Part shown: piece by piece, positions 13,605-27,162 of the stretch
Layout: each line of letters starts with the position of its first letter
Numbering within the stretch: the first letter of the stretch is position 1
Source of the DNA: Octopus sinensis
Taxonomy: Eukaryota
Assembly (NCBI RefSeq): GCF_006345805.1
Contig: NC_042998.1
Location: 16,182,001-16,246,000, forward strand
Reading direction: 5' to 3'
Length of the DNA: 64,000 nt
Program-made: the position numbers and the translations under genes
The notes under the pieces: generated by a model
Database searches by the model: none
Told to the model about the DNA's origin: nothing
Seen by the model: the letters and a program-made list of their open reading frames with translations, nothing else

Positions 13605-13670
13605 ATGAAGTTAGCAGTGTTTTCTGTGTTAGTTATATTGCTACGTTTATCTTCAATAAATAAGTCTGAG
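13605..13670 (+). CDS. Candidate first coding exon with a signal-peptide-like sequence (MKLAVFSVLVILLRLSSINKSE)
   Basis: ATG in the context ACATCATGA, a basic residue then a hydrophobic stretch, and a donor GAG|GTCAGT. No homology was recognised. Confidence 0.35.
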
Positions 13671-14021
13671 GTCAGTGTTTCTTGCATGCAGCTTCGACAT
13701 ATTCTTCATAAGTGTTTGGATATTTTGACAGCGTTTGGGGGGAAAAGAAATGTGCTTAGTCACAGTTCTGGATTCGTTTGTACAGGAAACATCGCACACA
13801 CGTACGTACAGACACACATATATGATTTTCTATATACACTTATATATGTATGTGTGTGTATGTATGTATAATACAGACAAATATATATTTAGAGATAGAT
13901 GGATATAGTCACTTGACCCTGTTTTCTCCCCTACTATCCCTCTAGCGTCAAACGTCTGACCTCTGACCTCTGACTTCTGCCTGAAGTCAGAACGCCATGA
14001 TGGACCGTTAGCTCCTACACG

Positions 14022-14205
14022 CATTTTTTCTCTCTCCTTGTTTCTCTCCTTGTTTCTTTTCTGTGTACCTTTCTGTCGAAGAGCGTAGGCTCGAAACGTA
14101 AAAGACTTGTTCTATTTCTATTCCTGAGCGCCATACACATACATTTGTTTGTTTGTACTCCACCTGCCTTCGTCTTTTATTTATTTTCGTAAACCTTCCC
14201 ATTAT
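14022..14205 (+). mobile_element. Hammerhead-carrying element, family A (motif 14069-14104)
   Basis: cttt CTGTCGA A GAGC gtag GCTC GAAA C GTA aaag. Followed by TA/TG microsatellite. Confidence 0.78.
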
Positions 14206-14640
14206 ATATCTATATTTGTGTGTGTGGTGTGTGTGTGTGTGTGTGTGGTGTGTGTGTGTGTGTGTGTGTATGAGTTAGAGGTTAAGCATCCAACTAAGGG
14301 ACAATAAATATCCAATATACATACTACTAGATGCATACCTACGCATTTATATCCAAGTGCTTCCTGCTGCAGGGCAGTAGCCCAATCGATTAATAGGAAT
14401 GAGTGGGCTAAAGTAGAAAAAATACCCAGAATCTATTGAGCAAATAAGAAAATAGAGAGGATAGTCAGTCGACAAAGATTACCCTGTAAACATTCATTTA
14501 GATCTATCTGTTAATTAATTACAATCATATGTATAAGTAATCAAAATAAATAATCACATAAAAAAGTGGATCAATAAATAAACAAAGAAATAAATAAAAG
14601 TAAATAAATGAATAAGAATAAATTATTGAAAAATACTAAA

Positions 14641-14782
14641 CTCTTACAGCTGTTTCTATTTTGGTGTGTCGAACTTGCCAAGATTTCCACGTCATACCAG
14701 TAATATACTGGGGTTGTATAAAGTTTGAAAAACATTGGACAGGAGTTGGACAATGGTTGAGCAGCAAAGCTTCATCAGAGAG
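14641..14782 (-). ncRNA. Hammerhead ribozyme-like motif, family D, enlarged stem II
   Basis: Minus strand: ctct CTGATGA agctttg...caaaata GAAA CAGCT GTA agag. Perfect stem I ctct/agag and a palindromic ACAGCTGT. Confidence 0.62.
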
Positions 14783-15292
14783 ACCATAATGTTAGGAATC
14801 TGACATGTGAGGAATTAAGATACCCCTGCATAGGGATATTAGGATGAGGTTTCTGATAATAAGTAATAGCATCGCACTCATGTTTTACCCAAATTATTCC
14901 TTCATTGATTTAGGTATGCATTGATTTCCTCAAAGATACGCACTTTCTGACAAGTTGTGGTGCACCGGAGCACTGTATACAATAATTTCATTATTATCAT
15001 TATAAGTTCACATTAAGTTGACTTCGTTATTTTTTATGATACTCTGTTACGTAGCCGTCAGCCTCTAACTTTTGATCCCTGTGATATGGACCATCCCATT
15101 ATGCTCCCTCCACAACATCTTGCCATTGCTATATTCGAATAGGGTGAGACTCTCATATCCATAAGATGTAATCCCATAACTTATGGACATTACCTTGGAA
15201 TTGACTGTTTTACCATCCCTTAATATTTTTATTATTTTCTTTTAGAATTTCATATCTTACTTCATCACAAGTTAGTTTCCTAATATTATGGT

Positions 15293-15428
15293 CTCTCCGA
15301 TGAAAGCTTTGGGGTTCAATTCTTGTCCAATCCCTGTCCAATGTTTGTTCAACATTTATACGATCCCTGTATATTACTAGTATAATTCGGAAACCTTGGA
15401 ACCCCGAAAGTAGAAACAGCTATAAGAA
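15293..15428 (+). ncRNA. Hammerhead ribozyme-like motif, family D (core U4-to-C)
   Basis: ctct CCGATGA aa GCTTT GGGGTTC...GAACCCC g AAAGT a GAAA CAGCT ATA agaa. Confidence 0.5.
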
Positions 15429-15470
15429 TTTAGTAGTTTTCACTCATTTATTCCAATTCATTTACTCTTT

Positions 15471-15900
15471 TACTCTTTTACTTGTTTCAGTCATTTTGAC
15501 TGCGGCCATGCTGGAGCAACGCCTTTAGTCGAGCAAATCGACCCCGGGACTTATTCTTTGTAAGCCCAGTACTTATTCTATCGGTCTCTTTTGCCGAACC
15601 GCTAAGTGACGGGGACGTAAACACACCAGCATCGGTTGTCAAGCAATGCTAGGGGGACAAACACAGACACAGAAACACATACATAAAAAAAATATATATA
15701 ATATATACGACAGGCTTCTTTCAGTTTCCGTCTACCAAATCCACTCACAAGGCATTGGTCGGCCCGGGGCTATAGCAGAAGACACTCGCTCAAGATGCCA
15801 CGCAGTGGGACTGAATCCGGAACCATGTGGTTGCTTAGCAAGCTAATTACTACACAGCCACTCCTGCGCCTACCTACTTACCACACAGCCACTCCTGCCA
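15471..15900 (-). mobile_element. SINE family 2 with a duplicated 5' end, inserted in the family D arm
   Basis: Reverse complement of the family consensus. CACAGCCACTCCTGC occurs twice near 15850-15900. Confidence 0.9.
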
Positions 15901-16353
15901 CTTCATTTATTTATTTATCTACTTTTTAACTTCATTAATTTATTTTGATCACTTGTGCATATGATTGTAATTAATAAATAGATCCAAATGGATGTTTACA
16001 AGCAGATGTTTGTCGATTGATTATCCTCTCCATTTTCTTATTTGCGTTATATATCTATATATATACCCATTTATATCAGACAATTTATTTCTTCCTTACG
16101 GAATATCCGCATTGTTGGGATCAGACCATGTATTTCAAATCCACTCTTACCGAAGATATTTAAATCTCCCCTAAACGAGCGATTTAACGTTCTCCACTTT
16201 TCAAGGGGTACACCGATGTTACTCTCCGTAATATCTGCGTGAGGGTTATCATGCAAGTTATAGACAGCAATCAACGGATTCTTTCTTTGAAATATGCCTC
16301 TCCTCCTGTTGTTAACCTTCACCAAAATGTGTAATATTATTATTTATATATTA

Positions 16354-16738
16354 CTAGCAGTATCGCCCGGCGTTGCTCGGATTTGTAAGGGAAATAACTA
16401 TATAAGCATTTTTTGAGATGTAAAGTATAATAGCCATCTCAATATGGTTAACCACAAAGGGGGTGGTGATACTGTAGCGTTTTACGTTCTGAGATTTAAT
16501 AATAATTTTTTAAAGAGTTACTTCCCTTATATATGCCAAAAATGCATTAAAAATGGGAAAAATTGATGGTAAATTTGTTTTAAAATCGTAGACTCATCGT
16601 AGACCCAGAAGGGCTCGATATGAATCACGACTATAAGATACCCGGTTTTGGTTAAACTGCACCGCAAAATGTGGGAGTAGTTAGGAATCTAAATCGTAGG
16701 AGACAGACAGCACACAACCTCTCTTTTATATATAAAGA
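16354..16738 (-). mobile_element. Complete non-autonomous Helitron
   Basis: On the minus strand it starts A|TCTTTATATATAAAAGAG and ends GCAACGCCGGGCGATACTGCTAG|T. These are TC...CTAG termini in an AT target with a GC-rich subterminal motif. Confidence 0.85.
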
Positions 16739-17944
16739 TTATATTTATACGCTTAGGTCGAAATGTGTTATACTGTCAGGTGGTTAGATGTAGGGAAAAT
16801 GAAGAGCGAGACAGAAAGAGAGACAAAAAGGTGTGTGATAGAGAGAGTGAGAGAGAGAGAAACAGATGGTGGGAGAAATGTCCTTGTGAGGTAGGGGGAA
16901 CGTAATATTTATTACGTGGTTAATATTTTAGTTGAAGGGAGTAATTTAGAATGTGTTAGAATTACGATGTTTAACAGAAGGGTAGTGTCCTGTTGGTGAA
17001 GTTAAAAAGTAACGAGAGGTGGAGGGAGAGAAAGAAAGAGAGACGGAATGAGGGAGAAAGAAAGAAGAGTTGAAAGAGAAGGTAGAATGAGAAGAAAGAT
17101 TAGTGGCGTTTTTACAAACGGATGCATTAGGTTTTCCTGTGGTTTGTGGAACTAAGAAGAGAAGAGAAAGAGAGAAATGATGAAGACCTGAAGAGTGGAT
17201 TGACATAGTTAAGAAATTTGTTGAACTTGGAGTTAGAAAGAGAGAGAAAGAGAAAGAGAGTGAGAGAGAGAGTAGTATAAAGCATTTAGCCGGGGAAAAT
17301 TGTAAACACCATAATTATGACTAATGGAAGAATAATTTTTCAATATTTAATCTTTTATATCTCCAATCTGGTGATCTATTCAGGTAATCTAAACAATAAC
17401 GACAACGTCCGCCTCTCCAGCGCAGTTACTACAAGGACGACAAAACAAAAAACAAAACAAAAACACGCTAAAAAAGATCATAGACAGAAAAAACAACCGT
17501 GACTACAGGAAATAGCAAAAATTGATAGAACTTTGAAAATATTAATAGAACAATAACGCCAAAAGGATCAGTACAATTTAGAACGGTACTACCGACACCA
17601 TTGATAGTAACAGCATAGGCAAATGATATTAATACTAATAATAGTATTTCCTAGATGCGGAATGAAACATCATCCGGCTGTGGCGTATCGACAAGAGATG
17701 AATAATGTTACCCTTTAACGCAACCGCCTTCAGGTCACCGCTGGGCAAGGTGCAGTACCTGTAATCCCATCCCGAGACCAGGAAATACCCAGTTGTAGTC
17801 CGGCGAGTTTAAATCTATCTCATGGGATGAGGATATCCTTTTAGCCTTGGTCAGTAACGCCTCTAGATTATTATCAACATCATCATCATCATCGCTGTCA
17901 CCTTTGTCTTCGTCATCATCAACATCATCCTCAATATCATAGTC

Positions 17945-18165
17945 AAGGCGGCAAGCTGACAGAATATTTAACATGCCGGACAAAATGCTTAATGGCATTT
18001 CGTTGTTTTTTTACGTTCTGAGTTCAAATTCTGCAGAGGTCGACTTTGCCTTTCATCTTTTCTGGGTCGATAAATTACGTACCTGAGAAATACTGGGGGG
18101 GGGGTCGATGGAATTGAGAAGTCCTCTTCCCCTAAATACTTCAGGCCTTGTGCCTTTAGCTGAAG
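17945..18165 (+). mobile_element. SINE family 3; a second, more degraded copy lies at about 18255-18470
   Basis: TTCTGAGTTCAAATT...GTCGACTTTGCCTTTCATC...GGGTCGATAAATT. Confidence 0.8.
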
Positions 18166-20486
18166 GAATTATCATCATCACCATCATCATCATCGTCGTC
18201 GTCGTCGTCGTAGTCATCGTCGTCGTCATCATCATCATCATCATCATCTTTACCATCAGCGAGCAAACAGAATTGTTAGCACACCGGACAAAATGCCGAT
18301 TGACATTTCTTCCGCATTTGATTACTATGCTCAATTTCCGCTGCAGTTGACTTAGCCGTTTATACCTTCGAAGTCGATAAAATAACAAATACCAGTTGAG
18401 TACTGGTGGTGATGTTGTTAAACACTGACAACCCTCACAATTGTTGGCCATGTTATAAAACTTAGAAAAAATTATTATTTTTATTATTTTAGTTGACATA
18501 TTATCAGTTGCTCTGTTATGGCCCATCAGAAACTAGACACGAATAGAATGTCACTTAATATGCTATGAATGTGTGTTCGAATAATTTCATTCATAGGAGC
18601 TGTGACAATTGTACAATATATCAATCCGCATTCATAGTTTGATATTTGTCATTTCTATATTTTTCTTTCTAGAAAGTCTGTATAAATATACTGAAAGATA
18701 AATTGATTATGTTTAAAAAGCTTAACTTTAAGTTTTCTTCAGACAGATAGTTCAAATATTCCTCTTCCTAAAGTAGGTTATAGAATGAAAAATTTGTTGG
18801 CTATTTAACAAATATTCACCGAAGAGATTTATTGTTTTGGTGATAGCATTTCATTGAAATATTAGGTTTCATTGTCACAAGTGTCATGCCATGCCATGTC
18901 ACATCATATTCATAAGCCTAAAATTGCTTTTCAGTTTCACTATGAATACTGCTTGTATTCATTAGTATCAGACATTTAGGAACCTGGTTCAATGAAATAT
19001 ACTCTGCAGAATTTATCTCAACAGTGTGTCATATCACATTGTGTATATTTATTGATGACTATGTTTCCATAACATCTCGAATTGAATGTTGTGCCCTTTT
19101 GTTAATACAATTACATGTTAGATAGGATATAGAAATAAGTATCTTATTCTAAGCATTCACCTTTCACCATTAACCATAAGGCCAATTGTGTTGGCATTAA
19201 CACTATATCTAAAATATTGTGCTTAGACAAATCATAGAAAGTCGTCTATAATATTCTATAGGAATATGTGGGAAATATAGTACTAACAGAGTAGCATAAC
19301 AGACAGGTAAGTATAGAATGAAGCTTATAACCCCACTGTTAACCATTCTTGATAGATGTTACAAAAGCAAACGCAGAATATTCATCAATAGTGTAAATGA
19401 AATTAAGAAAACTGTGTAACATAAGATATTTGAAGACATCTTTACCACCTGCCGTCTTCACGAGCGACAGGATGCGGCAAATAACCACAGTTTTTATATC
19501 GCATCATATGTATTTACGTTATCTATGGATGAAAGCATATTAGAAGATGCACCAGAAGCAAAAGACACTAAGTTTTATGTTACGATGTTTGAAATAAATA
19601 GCTAATTTTTATAAATGATATCATTATTCTCCATCACAGTAATTCATATTTGTTCAAAGCCTGTAATTACCCTGCTCTTATGAATTTCATGAATTAAATG
19701 AATTAGGAAATGGCTCTCGTCAGGAATATTAAATTCTACTCCACTAAAATAATTCTCCAATTTTCATAGATTTCAAATAATATTACCTATTCATTCGAGT
19801 AAATTAAGTATATTCAGAATGTTCCTCTAAGTCATTAATATAATTATCAATTGACTTATGACTAATTTTATTATATTTACAATGTTACATTTTCCAGTGA
19901 GTTAGAGATACGTAGGTGTATATGTAATGGTCGAGCTACCCAACAAAAGATTCAGGTTGAGTAATAATGTAGGGTTCTTCTATATATGCATATCAATAGA
20001 AGTTCAAGGTGTTAAAATACACCCGAGGGACCATGCACATATCAACATATGTATATATATATATATTCCTTATGCATTCCAAAACCGAATTACTGATTTT
20101 GACGTATGGAGTATCAAAAGATTCAGTAGTATTTCGGCTACAGACTGAACTTAATATCCATTCACAGAAACTGTGTCAATAGCCAGCTGGATGAGGTGTT
20201 CTCCTGGGGCTACAAGCTAGAGTAGCATCCACCCTTAAAGGTTAGCCTCATTTAAGTGGAAAATATATTTCACGACATCGTGCAGCTATTGTGTATACCT
20301 CGCTCAGAGATGTATTATTAATTATTGTGGCATTTGCCGTTAAATTAGCAGTTCACACATGGTGCTTCTATTTGGTGATTTTATACTGAATACAAAAATA
20401 AAAATATACTACATACATACAACTGCTTACATTAATAGGGATTAATGTATAATTTCTTTCCATGTTCATAATTTTTTGTTTACAAT

Positions 20487-21496
20487 ATGCCATTAAAGAA
20501 AAGTCGTAATCTCTCCAGAAACAAGTATAAATCAAGGAGGATTGTAGAAAACCGAAGGGGAGGGTCTGAAGGGAGAAGCAAGATTTTCTCAAGTTCAGTA
20601 AAAGCACGTTGCAGCATGTCAGTAGGAGTCTCAAGAGAGAAGGGAGATGAGTCTTTCCAAAGATCAGCAAATAAATGCTGCAGCACTTGATGCTTGATCA
20701 TAAAATGAAAAGTATAGCTCTCAGAAACAAACTTGGTACAAATTTGCTTTTTCACATCTGAAATCGTTTTCAGATATGATCCACCCCATTTTTATAAAAA
20801 TTATAACTCTGTCGAAACTGGTGTGCTAAACAGAAATTGTCGTTTCTGCAGAGATTTAAAATTTTGAAATGAAACAAATAGTATGTGCTGCTCAGGCGGT
20901 CAGGAAACATTACCAGCACTACCAGCTCCTTCTCAACCTCTTATGGATTTTCTAGAAGGCACTTCCATCTAGTCACATGATTTTCTGAACACTATCAGAC
21001 AATACAACTCTGCATTTCAAATGACATCGTTCACTGCATCTACGAAGATAGTTAAACATGAATTTATGCCGATGTCAAAGTTGAAGGGCAAGTCTATCAC
21101 GTAATTGGTTCCCTGTTACCCACAAAAGAACAACCGCAGTTCCTCCAAATTTACTTTATGAGTGATGTAGAAACCCGAAGGAGGTGTCAATATTTCAGAT
21201 GATGAGCCGTGTTAGACACAGCGCCAACTGTAGCAAAAGAGAATATATCCACTGACAGATTTTCGGAGTGTTCAAAAATCACATAACCCCACCCCCAATT
21301 TTCCATGACAGGTAAGGGCCTGAAATACTCCAAACGGAAACATAGCATGTTGCCTAGTCGAATTATTCCACAATTTACTCCACAAATGTTTTGTTGTCAA
21401 TGCTGCACTTTCCCATACCGCCGTTTCAACATAACTAATATATTATGTACAAACTATGCGATTTTAATCCCAAGCAACGCCGGGTATCTCTGCTAG
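20487..21496 (+). pseudogene. Internally deleted Helitron: N-terminal Rep/Hel fragment joined to a Helitron 3' end
   Basis: Disrupted reading gives CRFC..LKF*NETNSMCC, FLNTIRQYNSAFQMTSF and KVEGQVYHVIGSLLP..QFLQIYF. It ends in GCAACGCCGGGTATCTCTGCTAG. Confidence 0.82.
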
Positions 21497-21864
21497 GAAT
21501 TAATTTAGCATATCTTTGATGACGACAATATATGTACATGGTTGTGGTTACCAAATCAGTAGCATTCCAACGTGTACTTCTGTAGATGAGAACTGAATAA
21601 AAATGAATAATGTATGTTCTCTGTCTAGCATCTACTCCGTAGAGGAATGCACACAATTATAACATGCTAAATGATATTAGGTACCCTGCAATTCTATTTT
21701 CAGTAACAACAATTGTTGCACAAATTAACACTAAGCAAAACAGATAGCTAAAAAAAAATGAAGAATACCTTAGGTGTTATTCATGCTAACATAAGTATTA
21801 ACAGCTTAGTAATATATTTGTAAGCGACCTATTATGTACGTCATATACTTTATACACGCCATCA

Positions 21865-22160
21865 CATCAGGCATTATGATCGTAGGGTCACGATTTCGTT
21901 ACCTGGTGGCACGTTGTGTTCTTGAGCAAGACATTTTATTTCACGATGCTCCAGGTCATTCAGTTGGCAAAAATTGAGTACTACCTGTATTTCTAGAGGC
22001 CAGCCTTGACACACTTTATTTCATGGTCAATCTCCTTGAAAAGTATGTGAAGGGGTACGAGTATCTGTGGAGTGCTCAGACACTAGTACGTTAATCTAAC
22101 CAGCAAGCTGTACCCTTGATCGGATCAATACGATTCCTGGTCGACCTAAGCGACGAAGTA
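21865..22160 (+). mobile_element. Degraded tRNA-derived SINE
   Basis: Has TGTGTTCTTGAGCAAGACA like 2128-2465, and a 3' part (TCTGTGGAGTGCTCAG...GATCGGATCAA) like 45892-46265. Confidence 0.75.
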
Positions 22161-22179
22161 CCAGATATGATATAAGCAT

Positions 22180-22255
<76 letters not shown>

Positions 22256-23059
22256 TATGTTGAAAGAGAGAATATGAGATATAGTTATAGATAGAGACAA
22301 ATAAAGCTGCACACAGACATATATAGATACACACACACACTTACACATAATTACATATGTGTGTTTAGGTATGTATGTGTCGATGGATGCACGCATACAT
22401 GGTCTGCGAATTTGTCTTAACGTTAAGTTATTCAAAAGCAGAAATATATGCTCCTGCAACATATAGTTTCTTAGATTTACATTTAAAATATTTCAAAAGA
22501 ATTTAATTAAGTGGACGAAGTGAAGGTAGGTCACCGCATAATATCACGGATACGACTAAATATGCACCTCAGTGCAGCCTCGTGAGCTATTCTATTCATC
22601 TTAAGTTATGAAATGCTGATGGCGTACCAATAACGTAGGCGGTGCTCGAGAAATTTTTTCACACTCTAGCAAAATCTTTGCAACGTACACATGATTAAAA
22701 TATGTGTGTGTGTCTTGTGTACATCAGTATGGAAAGCTCAATGGATCGATGTATACATGGTAGATATCTATCTATCAATATGTAAATATATTTCAATGTA
22801 TGTGTATATATATATATATATATATAATATATATATATATATGTATGTATGTATGTATATATATACACATATATGTGTGTATGTGTGTGTGTTCGTTCGT
22901 GTGTATGCGTGAATGTATGTTTTGCGCGCGTGTGTGTACGTTTGTCTAGGGATCTGTAATTAAATTTCAACTCATTATTGGCATTAACTTCTTTGATTTC
23001 AGAAGTGAATACAAAGCATTCCGCAATTTATTGAAATTTAATTGTAAATGAACAGTTCT

Positions 23060-23138
23060 ACAACTGTACACATACACACACATATACTCATAGATACACA
23101 TATACATACATACATACATAATACATACATACATACAA

Positions 23139-23208
<70 letters not shown>

Positions 23209-23213
23209 ATATT

Positions 23214-23247
<34 letters not shown>

Positions 23248-23268
23248 ATATATATATATATAATATAT

Positions 23269-23322
<54 letters not shown>

Positions 23323-23365
23323 TATATATATATATATATATATATTTCCATGGATATATATAGCT
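23060..23365. repeat. (ATAC)n/(TA)n microsatellite
   Basis: Read directly from the sequence. Confidence 0.95.
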
Positions 23366-24050
23366 TCGTTTTCGCATTTTATTTTGATAATTATACACTT
23401 TATATGCTTTGTCTGGACTTCTTATGTTTTTAATGTTTCCGTTTCTCTAATTGACTGCATATCATATTGATAACTCATGACGTTTATAATGTAGAATCCT
23501 CTTTATATGTCTTTATGAAGCTGTTGCTTTTATCTAATATTAAAAATTATGCGGAATTGAATTTTTCATCGACACAATAGTACAGGACATTAAATGATCG
23601 TCATATGCCTGTCGTATAAATATTCATTTTGTTCTAAGTCACAATATCATTTCAAAAACTGAATATAATGTGATGGATATTTATTTCATTTTAATGAAGA
23701 ATATATGTTCATGGAAATTGTGAATGTTACAGTATAGTAACTGTGAATTTTAGAGTACATTGTTCTTATGCTAAAGACGTACGAGAGAACATGTACGTAC
23801 GGATGCATAAATACCATTATCTCATTTAAATTAAAACACTAATGCGTATTTATGTATGTTTTTTCCCCCTCTGTGTATGTTTGAATTGCGCATACATGTG
23901 TTTATTTATGTCTGTATTTTAACGCTTTCTAATCGAATGTGCAATAATATGTGTGCGTCACAAATAAGACCATTTTTGCTGATATGGAAAAACTGAACCT
24001 GCATCCGCACACACATTCACACATACAGATTCCCATATGCATGTAGGCAT

Positions 24051-24129
<79 letters not shown>

Positions 24130-24131
<2 letters not shown>

Positions 24132-24310
24132 GGTCCCGGGTTGATTCGGGGTTAATCACAGTAAATAAGGTACTCAATACATAGCAGAGTAAAATTAATT
24201 TATTTTATTGAAGGAGCTTCTACAGGACTAGAACTGTTTCATTCAAGAGAAATCTTCAGGAAGCTTTCTCTTGAATGAAACAGTTCTAGTCCTGTAGAAG
24301 CTCCTTCTAT
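24130..24310. mobile_element. (TA)n-flanked element ending in a 43-bp perfect inverted repeat (24210-24252 / 24265-24307)
   Basis: GAAGGAGCTTCTACAGGACTAGAACTGTTTCATTCAAGAGAAA and its exact reverse complement, with a 12-bp spacer. There is a weak CTGAAGA...GAAAC motif on the minus strand. Confidence 0.75.
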
Positions 24311-24479
24311 AATATATATATATATATATATATATGTTTAAATGTTCCACGTACACAAGTTCCTGGGTTACGTAGCTTACTATGAGATTCGGTTGGATTA
24401 TTGTTACGATTGAAAAGATTTTAATGAAAATATCTATGTGGAGAAGATTCTAGAAGCTTGCAAAGTGCAATGTAGATCT

Positions 24480-24900
24480 AATTCAAAGCTTCTGGCGTTT
24501 CTTCAAGTTTGTACGTATCTCTGGAAAACAAACTACATTATCATAGTAACAAAGGAATATCTTGTTTAGCGTAAAGAAAACGTGTATAATCAGCTGCAGA
24601 AATTGAGACCATCACACATACAAACACACAATGTTTTTACCGATACTGTTGTACATGGGATAAATGTCTTTGAAAGCTGCGGTTTCTTTGGTATGTTTGT
24701 TCCAAACCAACACTTATTTTAGTGCTATTGACATCGCCGTATTGAATGGTACTGCCCAGGTGTCGAAACTATAATCATATCCGTGGGGCAGCTGATGATG
24801 GATGTCTGTTGGATTTTTGGTATGGCTGTTTTTGTATATATGGAATAGTATTATAGAATTAACGCAGATCATTTTGATTTCTTCCCACCCACCTCTCCTT
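24480..24900 (-). pseudogene. Probable Penelope-like ORF relic (region between RT and endonuclease)
   Basis: Minus-strand reading PSSAAPRI*L*FRHLG; homologous to 38480-38640. The family assignment is by recalled resemblance only. Confidence 0.4.
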
Positions 24901-25444
24901 TTCTTGCTCTGACTCCTATTTCTTCTCTTCACTCCTACTCTCCTCTGTTCTCTTCACTCCTACCCACCTTCTCCTTTCCTCTGCTTCCTCCATCGTCACC
25001 CCTCACTTGTATCCCCACCCCTACACAATCTAACCCCACATTCATATTCCGTAACATCGCACCCCACCACATCCCTTACATCTACTCACACATACCCCAC
25101 ATCCCACTCTTGCTTTCCCCACTCTCGCCTCCCCTACATACCAACACCACACCACACGCCACCATACCACACAATGCCACATCACCTCACACCACCACAC
25201 ACCGCCACACACACTAGCACCGACCACTTCCTAGCCCCACACCATCATCCACACACCTACACATACACACACGCACACGTCAAGGTTACCAGCCCTCTTC
25301 CACATGCACATAATGCTCTCTTATACACACGCAGGCGCACATTCGTTTTGGGATCACCACTACTTTATTATATTCCCTTCTTCCTAGCTCTCCTGTGTGA
25401 CGCCTCTGTCCGGCATTCGCCATGATAGATCGCTACCCACTACA

Positions 25445-25606
25445 CATTCTTTATTTTCTTTCCTTGTTTCTTTCTGTGTTCCTTTCTGTGGAAGAGCGTA
25501 CGCTCGAAACGTTAAAGCTTTTTTCACTTCCCGAGCGTTAAACTCATACATCTGTTTGTTGTCTCCACCACCTGTCTTCGTCTTTTTTGTGAATCCTCCC
25601 TCTGTA
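25445..25606 (+). mobile_element. Hammerhead-carrying element, family A (motif 25482-25517)
   Basis: cttt CTGTGGA A GAGC gtac GCTC GAAA C GTT aaag. Confidence 0.78.
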
Positions 25607-25857
25607 TAATCGTATATTCACACAAGCCGGGTTGTCTGGCGTTCAGTTATTCCATAAATGTCAAATGCATTAAATACTACAAAAAGGACATGTAGGACAG
25701 AATAACCCAAAAACTTTAACTGATGAAGAATTGGGGTCCATTTGTGTTTGTTCTACGTTTATGATTTGTAGTATTTAATGCATTTTCATTTCTTCCTCTA
25801 TATATATGTGTGTATGTGTTTTGTATATGTATGTGTGCGTGTTTGTGTATGTATATT

Positions 25858-26560
25858 TACACACGAGCATTGGTTGAAAGTTTCACGGGCTTGCGAAAAT
25901 ATATTCATAGGATACAACCCATTGAGGTTTAATTTTCAACATAGTGTTCTTTGCCCTCCACTCGCTTCTCCTATTGGAGTTTCTGTACTTGTATCCCTTC
26001 GTTGATGACGCTTTCGTCCTATTGGTAGAAAAAGTCATGAACAATAGGTATGATGTCATCGTCACTGCGATGTTGTTTCCCAGACAACTGTTTTTCAAGT
26101 TGGGGAGCAATTGATTGTCAGATGGGGCAATTTCAAGAAGAAGGGAGGCAGATCAAATAATTCAAACTCACAGACATCCACAGCAGCCATTGAAACCAAC
26201 GACTTGTGTTCTGAAGCATTATCACCGTTAAACGAGACACATTTTGCAGATTTCCTGGGCATTTGATCTTGATATATTTTCGTAACTTCCTCAACAATAT
26301 GGCATAGTGCTCTCCAATGATGGTGTGGCCATGACGTTTTCCTCCCCAAAAGTCTGAGGACATCATATTCTTTGTAGATGAAACGATCATCACCTGCTTT
26401 AAAGCAGGTGAGATGGGATGTTTCCACCGGCATGAATAATTTTTTTCTTCTATAGACATAAGGCCTGAAAATTTTCGGGAGATTCCAGTCGATTAGACCG
26501 AGGTTCTGAGTTTCTGAGCCACAATTTCTTGAACGATGCACTTCATCAGCTTTTGCAGCT
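25858..26560 (-). pseudogene. Mariner transposase relic (catalytic-domain half plus probable terminal repeat)
   Basis: Frameshifted motifs DNASEHKSLVSMAA, ELFDLPP (for HPPYSPDL), LPNLK and YVEN. It ends with AACTTTCAACCAATGCTCGT on the minus strand. Confidence 0.82.
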
Positions 26561-26764
26561 TAACTGAACTCTTCCGTAATATGTATACATTTATTTAAGC
26601 ATTTAACGTCCAAAAGCCACTGAAATGCATCATTCATGGAATTGCAAATCAGAAAATCAGAATCCTTAACATAAGTATTCCATTCGTGTGACATTCTAGA
26701 AGCTTCGTCCTCTATTTCCAACGTTGGTGAATGCAATCCTTTTGTTGTTAAATCTGGTTTGTGC

Positions 26765-27155
<391 letters not shown>

Positions 27156-27162
27156 ACTCTCT

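Larger units (their letters stand above)
14441..16045. mobile_element. Penelope-like inverted LTR pair (family D); the right arm is interrupted by a SINE
   Basis: 14441-14822 matches the reverse complement of 15252-15470 plus about 15900-16045. There is a non-repeated spacer at about 14823-15251 and a hammerhead motif in each arm. Confidence 0.72.

Noticed and set aside
17735-17998. 87-aa acidic ORF on the minus strand
   Set aside because: The acidic run comes from an (ATC)n repeat, the start lies in a SINE, and no family was recognised.
19281-19312. TACTAAC plus a strong GTAAGT donor suggesting a micro-exon
   Set aside because: Several competing AGs, no polypyrimidine tract, and the longer versions contain stops in all frames.
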